Shown here: positions 8,805 through 17,746 of the stretch, one piece after another
Layout: each line of letters opens with the position of its first letter
How positions within the stretch are numbered: the stretch's first letter is position 1
Assembly: GCA_027491915.1 (NCBI GenBank)
Contig: JAOZGC010000002.1
Location: 384,001-448,000 of the forward strand
Length of the DNA: 64,000 nt
Source: Thermoproteota archaeon
GTDB taxonomy: Archaea > Korarchaeota > Korarchaeia > Korarchaeales > Korarchaeaceae
Direction of reading: 5' to 3'
Notes under the pieces: generated by a model
What the model saw: only the letters and a program-made list of their open reading frames with translations
What the model was told of the DNA's origin: nothing
Databases searched by the model: none
Position numbers and translations under genes: made by a program

Positions 8805-10094
8805 GTGCCGGACGAGTACCCGAGGATCCTGCAGGTGGAGCCCACCAACGCCTGCAACCTGAACTGCATAATGTGCGTGAGGAGGACATGGGACGCCCGC
8901 GTCGGGTACATGGACCCCCGCCTCTACGAGAGGCTCGCCGAGGAGGCCTTCCCCCACCTGGAGAGGCTCACGCTGTACGGCCTGGGGGAGCCCACCTCCC
9001 ACCCGAACTTCGTCGAGATGGTGGAGATCGCCAGGCGCAGGCTCCCAGAGGAGGCCACCATCTTCTTCTCCACCAACGGGACGCTGCTCGGGCCGAGGAT
9101 GGCCGACAGGCTCGTCTTGGACCTGGGGGTGGACTCAATCTCCTTCTCCATCGACACCGCCGACGCCGCCAAGCTCTCCAGGATAAGGGAGGGGGCCAGA
9201 CCAGGCCTGGTCCTGTCCAACCTGAGGCACGTCGGGGAGATAAAGGGGAGAGCCCCCAGGGACTTCACCCTGGCGGTGGAGGCCGTCCTCATGAGGCAGA
9301 ACCTGGACGACCTGCCGGACCTGGTGAGGACCGCGGCCGACCTTGGGGTGGACGAGGTCTACCTCTCCCACGTCGTCCCCTACACCAGGCAGATGTACGA
9401 GATGGCGGTCTACCTGACCTTCACCAGGGAGGCCCTGGAGCTGGCGGGCCCGATCCTGGAGGACGAGGATCGGGTGAAGCTGGCCCTCTCCCAGGAGATG
9501 GGGATAGTCTACGCCGGTAGGTCTGAGGCCCCGGCCAGGGAGGTCCTCCTCAGCGTGTGGGACGAGGCCCTCGGCAGGGGCCTCTGGCTGAACCTCCCTA
9601 TGATGAGGGAGGAGTCTGACAGGCTGAGGGCGTTCGAGAGGGCAGCCTCCGCCGTGGAGGAGGCCGCCGAGCTGGCGGATGAGCTGGGGGTGAGGCTGCA
9701 CGTTCCCCCCTTCCACCCGGACGCCAGGGAGAGGAGCTGCCCCTACGTGGAGTCCGACGCGGCGGTCGTCAGGTGGGACGGCAAGGTGGCGCCCTGCCTG
9801 GACTTCATGTACACCCACCCGATGTGGGTGAACGGCCACCTCAAGCTCGTTAGGGAGGTCTACTTCGGCGACCTGAACGAGGAGAGCCTGGCGGACGTGT
9901 GGAACTCCCCGGAGTACGTCGAGTTCAGGAGGGCCAGGAGGTCCATGTCGGCCGAGATCCCGTGGTGCGGCGACTGCCCCTACTCCACCCAGGAGTGCTG
10001 GTTCACCAGGTCCAACGAGGTGGACTGCAGGGGGAACTCCCCCCACTGCGGCGAGTGCCTGTACAGCGTGGGCATATCCAGGTGCCTGATCTGA
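8805..10094 (+). CDS. cmo: Radical SAM/SPASM tungsten-cofactor oxidoreductase maturase (Cmo-like)
   Basis: CNLNCIMC, GLGEP, Cys-rich SPASM region (CPY, APC, CGDC..C..C..CGEC); aor-moaD-rSAM order as in Thermococcales. Confidence 0.8.
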   Translation: MPDEYPRILQVEPTNACNLNCIMCVRRTWDARVGYMDPRLYERLAEEAFPHLERLTLYGLGEPTSHPNFVEMVEIARRRLPEEATIFFSTNGTLLGPRMADRLVLDLGVDSISFSIDTADAAKLSRIREGARPGLVLSNLRHVGEIKGRAPRDFTLAVEAVLMRQNLDDLPDLVRTAADLGVDEVYLSHVVPYTRQMYEMAVYLTFTREALELAGPILEDEDRVKLALSQEMGIVYAGRSEAPAREVLLSVWDEALGRGLWLNLPMMREESDRLRAFERAASAVEEAAELADELGVRLHVPPFHPDARERSCPYVESDAAVVRWDGKVAPCLDFMYTHPMWVNGHLKLVREVYFGDLNEESLADVWNSPEYVEFRRARRSMSAEIPWCGDCPYSTQECWFTRSNEVDCRGNSPHCGECLYSVGISRCLI

Positions 10095-10176
10095 CCTCGG
10101 ACCCGCGCCCGTTCCGACCCGTTCCACCGGGTTCCTTATACCCCCGGCCCCCGTCCCACCCCACGGCGAGGGCACC

Positions 10177-11127
10177 ATGACGACCTCCGCGACGCTGGCC
10201 GTGACCCTCTCGATCCTGTCACTGTCGGTCGCGTCCGCCGCACCCGGATTCCTGTCCCCCTCCCGGCCCGGGGTTGGGGGGCCGACCCCCATGGCCCTCC
10301 AGGCCAACGAGACGGCCCTCCGGGGGGCGGGCAACGCCAGGGCCCTGTACGAGAGGGCCAGGGATTTCGCGCTGAACCTCGCCTCGAGGGCCGAGGGGGC
10401 AGGCCTCCCCGACGTGGCCGCATCCCTGAGGGAGGCCGTCTCCTCCGCGGACGAGCTCTATGGCAGGGCCGTCGAGGCCTACGACGAGGGCGACTTCGAG
10501 ACCGCGAGGTCCGAGTTCAGGGAGGCCCTCTCCACCCTGAAGGCCGCTGTGGCAGAGGCCCTCAGGGCCATGGGGGAGGCGGGCGAGAACGTCACCGGCG
10601 TCCGCAGGGCGCTGGCGGCCATAGTCAGGCTGAAGAGGTACATCTCCAGGGAGGAGCGGATCCTGGCCAGGATGGCCGCCGCGGGGGTGGACGTCTCCGA
10701 CCCGCGGGCCGCCCTGGAGAGGGCCAGGGGCAACCTGTCCGAGGCGGTGGATCTCTGCAGATCCGGCCGCTGCTCCGAGGCTCGGGAGAGCCTCCGCCAG
10801 GCGGCAGGCGAGGTCAGGTGGGTGGCCGGGTGGATAAGGGACCACGCCGACGATTTCAGGAACTCCACCCTGGGGGCCAGGGCCCAGAGGATCATCGCGA
10901 AGGTTGAGAGGGTGAAGTCCAGGCTGTCCAGGCTAGAGCAGAGGCTGCGCGATGCCAACAGGACGGAGGACGCCGAGGCGGTCGCCTCGGCCATCGAGAG
11001 GCTGAGCTCCCTGGAGGACCAGTTCAGGCAGGCCGCCGAATCTGGGGACCGGGAGGGGGCCGCGGCGGCGGTCAGGGAGATGTACCGGGTGCTGAGGGAC
11101 CTCAGGGCGGAGCTGAGGGGGGGCTGA
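10177..11127 (+). CDS. Secreted alpha-helical/coiled-coil protein
   Basis: N-terminal signal peptide, repeated amphipathic helices, several NxS/T sequons. Confidence 0.7.
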   Translation: MTTSATLAVTLSILSLSVASAAPGFLSPSRPGVGGPTPMALQANETALRGAGNARALYERARDFALNLASRAEGAGLPDVAASLREAVSSADELYGRAVEAYDEGDFETARSEFREALSTLKAAVAEALRAMGEAGENVTGVRRALAAIVRLKRYISREERILARMAAAGVDVSDPRAALERARGNLSEAVDLCRSGRCSEARESLRQAAGEVRWVAGWIRDHADDFRNSTLGARAQRIIAKVERVKSRLSRLEQRLRDANRTEDAEAVASAIERLSSLEDQFRQAAESGDREGAAAAVREMYRVLRDLRAELRGG

Positions 11128-11164
11128 CCTCCCCCTAATCCCACCTTTTTTTTACCCCGCGGGG

Positions 11165-12019
11165 GTGGGGCGCCGCGTGGGCGCCTGGGCGATACTGGCG
11201 GTCCTCCTGATGCTCCAGGCCCCTCCGGGTCCTGGGGTCCCCTCCTGCAACGTCTCGATCTACGGAGACGGGTGGGCCTCCGTGGACTGCAGGCTGCCGT
11301 CCCCCGGCAGGATGGAGGTTGAGGTCCCCCTCCTGGGGGGGGCCGACGCCCTCCTGGCGTCCGACGGGGAGGGGAACCCCCTGAACCACACCCCGCTCCC
11401 GTCCTCCGGCGCCGTACTGGTGGAGGCGGCGGACGCCGACGTGATCGTCGTCTCCTACCAGACACCCGACCTGACCGCCAAGTCGGACGGGCTGTGGACC
11501 GCGTCGGCCGAAGCGCCGCCCAACTGGACCGTCAGGCTGACGCTGCCGCGCGGAGCCGTAGTCCTCGGGGTCGACCCGTATCCGGAATCGCTCCTCTGGA
11601 ATGACTCCACGCCGATACTCACCTTCTCGGGGGGGTTCTCGGTCGACTACGCCCTGCCGCCCCCGGAGCGGGGGGGCAACTGGTGGGGCCTCGTCCCTCC
11701 GCTGGCAGCCGCCGCGGCGGCAGCCGCCGCGGCCTACCTCCTCGCCCGGCGGGTCGGGCGCCGCAGGTCCGAATCCACCGGGGAGAGGCCCAGGCTCTCT
11801 CTGGACGACGTGGCCGTGCTCAGGTACGTGGCCGCCGCCGGAGGCAGTGCCTACCAGTCGGAGATCAGGGCATCCCTCGGGATGCCCAAGACCACCCTTT
11901 GGAGGAGGCTCAAGAGGCTCGAGGCCGCCGGCCTGGTGAGGCTCGAGGGAACTCCGGAAGGCCACCTCGTCGTCTTGACGGAGGAGGGGAGGGGGCTGGC
12001 CGGCCTCGGGGGGCCTTGA
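11165..12019 (+). CDS. Membrane-tethered winged-helix regulator (COG2512-like)
   Basis: Signal peptide, beta-rich ectodomain, TM helix, C-terminal YQSEIRASLGMPKTTLWRRLKRLEAAGLV. Confidence 0.8.
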   Translation: MGRRVGAWAILAVLLMLQAPPGPGVPSCNVSIYGDGWASVDCRLPSPGRMEVEVPLLGGADALLASDGEGNPLNHTPLPSSGAVLVEAADADVIVVSYQTPDLTAKSDGLWTASAEAPPNWTVRLTLPRGAVVLGVDPYPESLLWNDSTPILTFSGGFSVDYALPPPERGGNWWGLVPPLAAAAAAAAAAYLLARRVGRRRSESTGERPRLSLDDVAVLRYVAAAGGSAYQSEIRASLGMPKTTLWRRLKRLEAAGLVRLEGTPEGHLVVLTEEGRGLAGLGGP

Positions 12020-12058
12020 CCCACCGAGTCCGGATCGGGCGGGAGGTGAGGTGACCCC

Positions 12059-12796
12059 TTGAGGCGGAGGGCTGCCCTGGCCCTGGCCCTGGCCGCGGCC
12101 GCGCTCCTGGCCCTGGCCGCGCTAATCGCGGTCAACCCGGATTCCGCCGGCCGGTCCGGGTGCCCCCGGGGGGTCCTCATACTGGATACCCTCTCCTCCA
12201 CGGACCCCAATCCCGATATGCTGGCCAGGGTCGCGGCGGACCTCAGGTCGGCGGGGTGCCGGGTGACTACCCTCCTGGGCCGGAACGCCACGGTGGAGAA
12301 CATCTTGAGGTACTTCCCAGACGCCGACGTTATCTTGGCAAGGGTCCACTCCCTCAGGGCCCATCTCCAGTCTGGAGAGGTCGGGACCATCCTGGTCACC
12401 GCGGAGCCGTACAGCAGGTACGCCCACTCCTACCTGCAGGCCTCCGGGGGGGCCGTGGAGGTCCGGCTGAATCCCTCCGGCGCCGGGGTGGAGGGGAGCT
12501 ACTTCGGCCTCACCTCCTCGATCCTGGCGCCCAGGCTGCGCGCCTCGGGCGCGGCCTTCGTCGGCTGCGAGACCGGCGACGGGGACGACCTGGCCTCGGC
12601 AGTCCTCTCGTCCGGTTGGTGGTTCGTCGGTGTGAGGGGCGACGTCAGCGTCGGTTACGCCGACGCCCTGTTCGAATCCGTGGCCGAGGGACTGGTCAGG
12701 GGGGAGGATCTCTGTTCGGCCGTCGACCGATTCGCCTCCCTGGTGGGTCCCGACCCCAACTTCGGCGGCGTCCCCTCCTGCCTCGAGAGACCGTGA
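12059..12796 (+). CDS. Membrane-anchored exported protein, possible caspase/CHAT (clan CD)-like fold
   Basis: N-terminal RRR plus hydrophobic anchor; NATVENI, ILARVHS, AFVGCETG. Confidence 0.6.
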   Translation: MRRRAALALALAAAALLALAALIAVNPDSAGRSGCPRGVLILDTLSSTDPNPDMLARVAADLRSAGCRVTTLLGRNATVENILRYFPDADVILARVHSLRAHLQSGEVGTILVTAEPYSRYAHSYLQASGGAVEVRLNPSGAGVEGSYFGLTSSILAPRLRASGAAFVGCETGDGDDLASAVLSSGWWFVGVRGDVSVGYADALFESVAEGLVRGEDLCSAVDRFASLVGPDPNFGGVPSCLERP

Positions 12797-15399
12797 GCGC
12801 CGCCAGGGACGCGGCCGCCCCGGAGGCCAGCGAGATCCAGACTGCCCGATCCAGCTCCCCCGTCCGGCGGACCGCCTCGGCGCCGACGCCGCCGAGCGAC
12901 CTGCCCGGGGGCCTCAGTCTTCCCCCTCTCCTTCCCCCGGGTCCGGCCCCCGCCCCCCCGGCCCCCAGGGCCGCAGCCATGTATTGGTACCTCCAGGCCC
13001 CGGACCCGGGCGGGGCCTCCACCGCGCCGCCCGACTCCCCGGCGGGCCACGGGAACGCGCCGTCCCAAGAGTATGTTCCGCGGATCCTGGCGGCGTTGAC
13101 GGCCGCAGAGTGCGGATTGTAAACCAGGTAGTTCCCCGATCCGTCCACCTCGCTCTCCTCCACCAGCCACCAGGTCGAGACGTCGCCGTAGTCGAATCCC
13201 GGAGGGCCGCACCTCCCCTGAGGGTCGGCGGGCCCGGAGACGTAGTCCGGCACGTCGTCCCCGTCGTCCCCTCCCCTGTAGAGCCATACCGTGGCCCCCG
13301 GCATGGGCCTCCCCCTCCAGCTGACCACGGCGTATCCGAGCCAGAGCTTGACGGCCGAGCCCAGTCCGTTTCCGGTCACCGAGTTGGCCGAGCACAGGTC
13401 GCTGAGGTTGGCCCACGGGGAGTCCACCACCCTGATCCCGTACCCTCCGTTCCCGGACAGGTCCGACCCGGTTATCCCCAGCCCCGCCGGATCCGTCGGG
13501 GTCGGGAGAACGTCGTCGCTCCCGTCCGGGGCCGCCGAAGAGCCGAAGTGGGGCTCCACCCTCACCCCGTCGCCCTCGTTGTTCCTCACGGTGGCCCGGT
13601 CGATCACCCCGGACGAGCCGATCCAGTATATCCCGTCCAGCTGGTTCCACTCCACCTCGTCCATCGTGGAGTTGAACCGCGTCGCGTTGATCAGCACCAC
13701 GCCGTACCCCCTGTTCCCGTAGACCCGATTCCCCAGGAGGAGGGTGTCAGCTGGCCCCGGGGCCGCGGGTCCGGTGACCGGGAACCCGAGGTGGGTGGCC
13801 GGCGCCGGGACTGACAACACGGCTATCCCGCCGCCGTTCCCGTCGGCCCTGTCACCCGTCGGGTTCCCGGCGGAGTCGAACGCCCCCACCAAGTTGAAGG
13901 TTATGTTGTTCCCGTCTGTGCCGGTCCCGTTCACCACCACCCCGTCGTACCTGTGGTTCGCCACCACGTTGCGGCTCACCACGTTGCCCGCGGCGCCTCG
14001 GGTGATTATGATCCCCAGGCTGGCAACCGAGACCTCGTCGGAGTAGATTACATTGTCCACCACCGAGTTCCCGCCCGTGCCGGCCCCGGACAGCTCGACG
14101 TCCTGATAGGAATTGTAGGCGATCGTGCTCCGTCGGACGATGTTCGAGCTCGCCCCCCCCTGAGATGGTCACGCCGCCCAGCAGGTTCCCGCCGGGGTTC
14201 CCCGCCGAGCTCACCCCAACCAGGCAGTACGCTATCTCGTTGTTGGACGTGTCCGCCCCCGACAGCAGGATCCCCTCGGCCCCGTTGCCCACCACCTCGT
14301 TTCCGGCGTGGATCGTGTCGCCCGAATCTCTCCCTATGAAGTTTCCGGAAGGCCCGCGCCCGCTCGTGGAGTTGGTGATCAGGGCTATCCCCACCGACGG
14401 GGTAACCAGGTTCCCGGCCCCGTCGATCCCGTTGAGGGAGACGTTGTTGCCGTAGACCTCGATCCCCTCCACCCTCCCCCGGAGCACCACGCCGGCGGAG
14501 GCCCAGAGGAGCCCGTTGTGCTTTATCTCGTTCCACGTTACCGACGATTCGTTCAGCACGCCGGAGCCGTTCTCGTCGAGGACCACCCCGTCCAGGCCGT
14601 TGCCGGATATGTTGTTGCCCTCCCCCGGGGCCCCTATTCTCACCCCAGATATGTTCGCCCCCCTGACGAGTACCCCCGCCCCGCGGTTGTCGGCCACCCG
14701 GCTCGACCTGACCTCCACCCCGTCGTCCACCGGGAGGCCACCGCCCCCGTTCCGCTGCAGGATCCCGGCGATGGCGCATCCCTCGACGACGCTGCGGACG
14801 ACGGTCACGTTGTTCGCGGCCGAGAGGATCCCGACGTCCGCCGATCTGATCTCCGAGTCCGCGACGGTCAGGTTCCCGAAGTTCGGGGCCCCCCAGGCCC
14901 ACATCTCGGCTGACACGCCGTAGTGAGAGTCGGTCACTGTGACGTTGGCCACCAGGACCGCGTCCCTGGCCAGGGTGACCTCGATCCCGGCGTAGGCGAA
15001 GTTGGACAGGGTCAGGTTCCTGATCTCCGTCCTCCCCCACCAGACCGTCACCACCAGTCCTGAGGGGACGGAGCCGCCGCCGTCCAGGACTATGGGCCCG
15101 CCCGCGGTCCTGCCGTCTATCGTCACGGGCTCGACTATCTGGGGCAGCTGGGAGGAGAGGTGGATGGTCCCGGACAGGGATCCGTCGAAGGTTATCGCGT
15201 CCTGACCGGGATTTCCGTTGGCCGCGTTTATGGCCTCCCTCAGGGTGCAGTCTCCGGCGGGGGGCGAATCGCAGCTCCCGTCGTCCGTGTCGGCCAGGCT
15301 GTTCACCGTGTAGGTGGCCGCGTGGGCGACCCTCAGCGGGATCGCGGAGACCGCCAGGGCGGCGGCCGCCAGGGCGACGAGCCGCCTCACCCGGATCAC
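12696..15399 (-). pseudogene. CSLREA-domain / parallel beta-helix surface protein interrupted by one frameshift in a G8 run
   Basis: Signal peptide, TVNSLAD...CTLREAINAAN, many NxxxG beta-helix repeats, C-terminal TM plus basic tail; ORFs 13852-15432 and 12696-14063 join if the run at 14153-14160 is 7 nt. Confidence 0.85.
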
Positions 15400-15491
15400 C
15401 GTCCCCCGGGGAGGCGACGACAATATAACCAATCTAGGCCGCCGCGTCCCGGAGGCGCCGCGTTTATAACTCCCCCGCCCGGGCCGGGCCG

Positions 15492-16208
15492 ATGCTCCAG
15501 ATCTCAGCCTCCGCGTTGGAGCTGGCCCTGATGACCGTGGACCTGGTCCTCCTGATAGCCACGATAGTCCTGTTGACCCTGAGCTTCAGGGAGCTGAGGG
15601 GGAGGCACGAGCTGCTCAGGCTCCTGAGTCTCTCCGTCAGCGTGCTGAGCAGGAGGGAGTACTTCTCCGCCGTGCTCGACGCGATGAGGGGGGCCAGGGA
15701 GGAGCTGGTCGGGGCGATAACCGGGGCGCCCCCGAGGACCGAGGACGAGGAGGAGGCGGTGTCGAAGATAGAGTCCCTCATCTCAAAGGCGGTCTCCTCG
15801 GGGGTGAGGGTCAGGTACGTCATACCCAGGGCCGTGACCCACATACACGTGGGCTACAGGTACACCAGGGCGGGGGCCGAGGTCAGGTACAGGAAGGGGA
15901 TCGTGGTCTACGATCTCAGGTACCTGGTGGCCGACGGCAGGAAGATAGTCATAGGGCTCCCGAAGCCCGAGGGGGAGGAGGAGCCCACCAGGAAGGGATA
16001 CGTGCTGGAGTCCATGACCCTGGCCAAGCTGCTCCTGGAGTCCTTCGAGTCCCACTGGCAGGCCCCCGACTCCGTCGGGTACGACGAGTACGCGGCCCAG
16101 GTGATATCCGAGATGAGGAAGGTCAACCCGGGCATAGCCGACGAGACCATAGCCGGCCAGCTCAGGATACCCGTTGAAGAGGTCAGGAGACTGTCCTCCC
16201 AGGGCTGA
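15492..16208 (+). CDS. Membrane-anchored protein with TrmB-effector/PLD-like domain and possible C-terminal HTH
   Basis: N-terminal TM; GVRVRYVI, GAEVRY, RYLVADGRKIVIG, FESHW; tail DETIAGQLRIPVEEVRR. Confidence 0.6.
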   Translation: MLQISASALELALMTVDLVLLIATIVLLTLSFRELRGRHELLRLLSLSVSVLSRREYFSAVLDAMRGAREELVGAITGAPPRTEDEEEAVSKIESLISKAVSSGVRVRYVIPRAVTHIHVGYRYTRAGAEVRYRKGIVVYDLRYLVADGRKIVIGLPKPEGEEEPTRKGYVLESMTLAKLLLESFESHWQAPDSVGYDEYAAQVISEMRKVNPGIADETIAGQLRIPVEEVRRLSSQG

Positions 16209-16379
16209 TCGCCGGGCCGAGGGGATTAAACCAGGCGGCGCGTCACGAAATGTCCCTGGAGAATCTGACTCCGCCCCACAGGTTCGGGGACGGGAGATCT
16301 CGGGAGACGATCGTTAAAAGGAGTCCGGGAGCGGAACCTGTTCAGAGGGAGTGGGGAGAGACCGGCCAGGTCGGCCCGG

Positions 16380-17423
16380 TCACACCCCACCCATGACGTA
16401 GGCCATGATGGCCTTCTGCACGTGGAGCCTGTTCTCCGCCTCGTCGAAGACCACGCTGTGGGGGCCGTCTATCACGTCGTCGGTGACCTCCATGCCCCTG
16501 TCAGCCGGCAGGCAGTGCAGGTATATCACGTCTCCCTTGGCCCTATCCAGCTTCTCCTGGGTGGTTATCCAGTCCTTGTGCTTGTTCATCAGGTCTATCA
16601 TCCCCCTCTCGTCCACCTCCGGCACCTTGGGCGGCATGAACTCCAGGGAGCCCCAGCTCTTCGGGTAGACCACGTCCGCCCCCTCGAAGGCCTCGTCCAT
16701 GTCGTACGAGATCTCAAAGCTCCCGCCGTACCTGTCCGCGTTATCCTTGGCCATCTCAATTATGTCCGGGTGGAGCTCGAGCCCCCGCGGGTGGGCCAGC
16801 GTCACGTCAGCCCCGAACCTGGTGAATATGAGGACGGCGCTCTGGGGGACGGCCACCGGCTTAACGCCCGCGCTGTAGGCCCAGCTGACCACCACCTTCT
16901 TCCCCTCGAGCCTGCCCTTGTACTCCATGACCGTCATGAGGTCGGCCATCGCCTGGTTCGGGTGATACACGTCGTCCTCCATGTTTATCACGGGTATGGA
17001 CGCCCAGTGGGCGAACTCCCTCACTATCCTGTCCCCCTTCCCGTAGATCCACTGGACCGGCTCCCCGTAGATCCTTATGGCTATGGCGTCCCCGTACCTG
17101 CTGAGGACTCGGGCCACGTCCGAGATCCTCTCGGTCTTGTAGGCTATCTCTTCCCCCTTGAGCGCCGGGGCGTAGACGGACTTCGGGGTCAGGTATATGC
17201 CCTGTCCCCCCAGCTGGAAGATCCCGGTCTGGAAGCTGTTCCTGGTCCTGAGGCTGCTGTTGTAGAAGAGCATGTATAGGGTCCTGCCCTCCAGCAGCCT
17301 GTGCGGAATTCTCTGCCTCTGCTTCGCCTTTAAATCGAAGGCCAGCTTCAGCACGGCCTCCAACTCTTCCCTACTCCACTCCTGGGTGGAGATGAAGTCC
17401 CTTCCCCTGAGATTCACCACCAA
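16380..17423 (-). CDS. Carbamoyltransferase, YgeW/AOTCase-like knotted subgroup
   Basis: SSLRTRNSF, HPNQAMAD, SWAYS..KPVAVPQS, YPKSW, HCLPADRG, EAENR; lacks the OTCase DxxxSMG motif. Confidence 0.85.
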   Translation of the reverse strand: MVVNLRGRDFISTQEWSREELEAVLKLAFDLKAKQRQRIPHRLLEGRTLYMLFYNSSLRTRNSFQTGIFQLGGQGIYLTPKSVYAPALKGEEIAYKTERISDVARVLSRYGDAIAIRIYGEPVQWIYGKGDRIVREFAHWASIPVINMEDDVYHPNQAMADLMTVMEYKGRLEGKKVVVSWAYSAGVKPVAVPQSAVLIFTRFGADVTLAHPRGLELHPDIIEMAKDNADRYGGSFEISYDMDEAFEGADVVYPKSWGSLEFMPPKVPEVDERGMIDLMNKHKDWITTQEKLDRAKGDVIYLHCLPADRGMEVTDDVIDGPHSVVFDEAENRLHVQKAIMAYVMGGV

Positions 17424-17746
17424 GGGTTGTCCCCCGGGGGCCCGGCCCCGGGCGGCGAAAACATAAACCTATCGGGCGCCGGCCTCACCCTGTGGGCGGA
17501 CGCCGGGCGGGACGCCTCTGAGCCATTCCAAGACCCCCAACCCGCCACCCGAGATAGGAATCGAGACGGGCCGCCCGGGTTGGGCGCGGGCATCTCGCCC
17601 CTCGGGTGTCCGATCCCGAATAATCCCGGGCGCTGGAGGTCGATCCTCGGGGAGCGGCTGGCCCCCGTCAACTTTTAACTCGGATTTCGCTCCAAATTGG
17701 TGGCACCTCGCCCTTGTTGGCCGACATATTTTTGGCCAATTTTTAA

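Noticed and set aside
12696-12796. 101-nt convergent overlap as a sign of a second frameshift
   Set aside because: The TM plus basic tail is already complete; run-on to a late stop is common in GC-rich DNA and similar overlaps occur elsewhere in the window
16267-16325. Moco/Tuco riboswitch-like ACTCC...AAAGGAGT closing stem
   Set aside because: Internal conserved elements are not recognisable and no gene lies downstream on that strand
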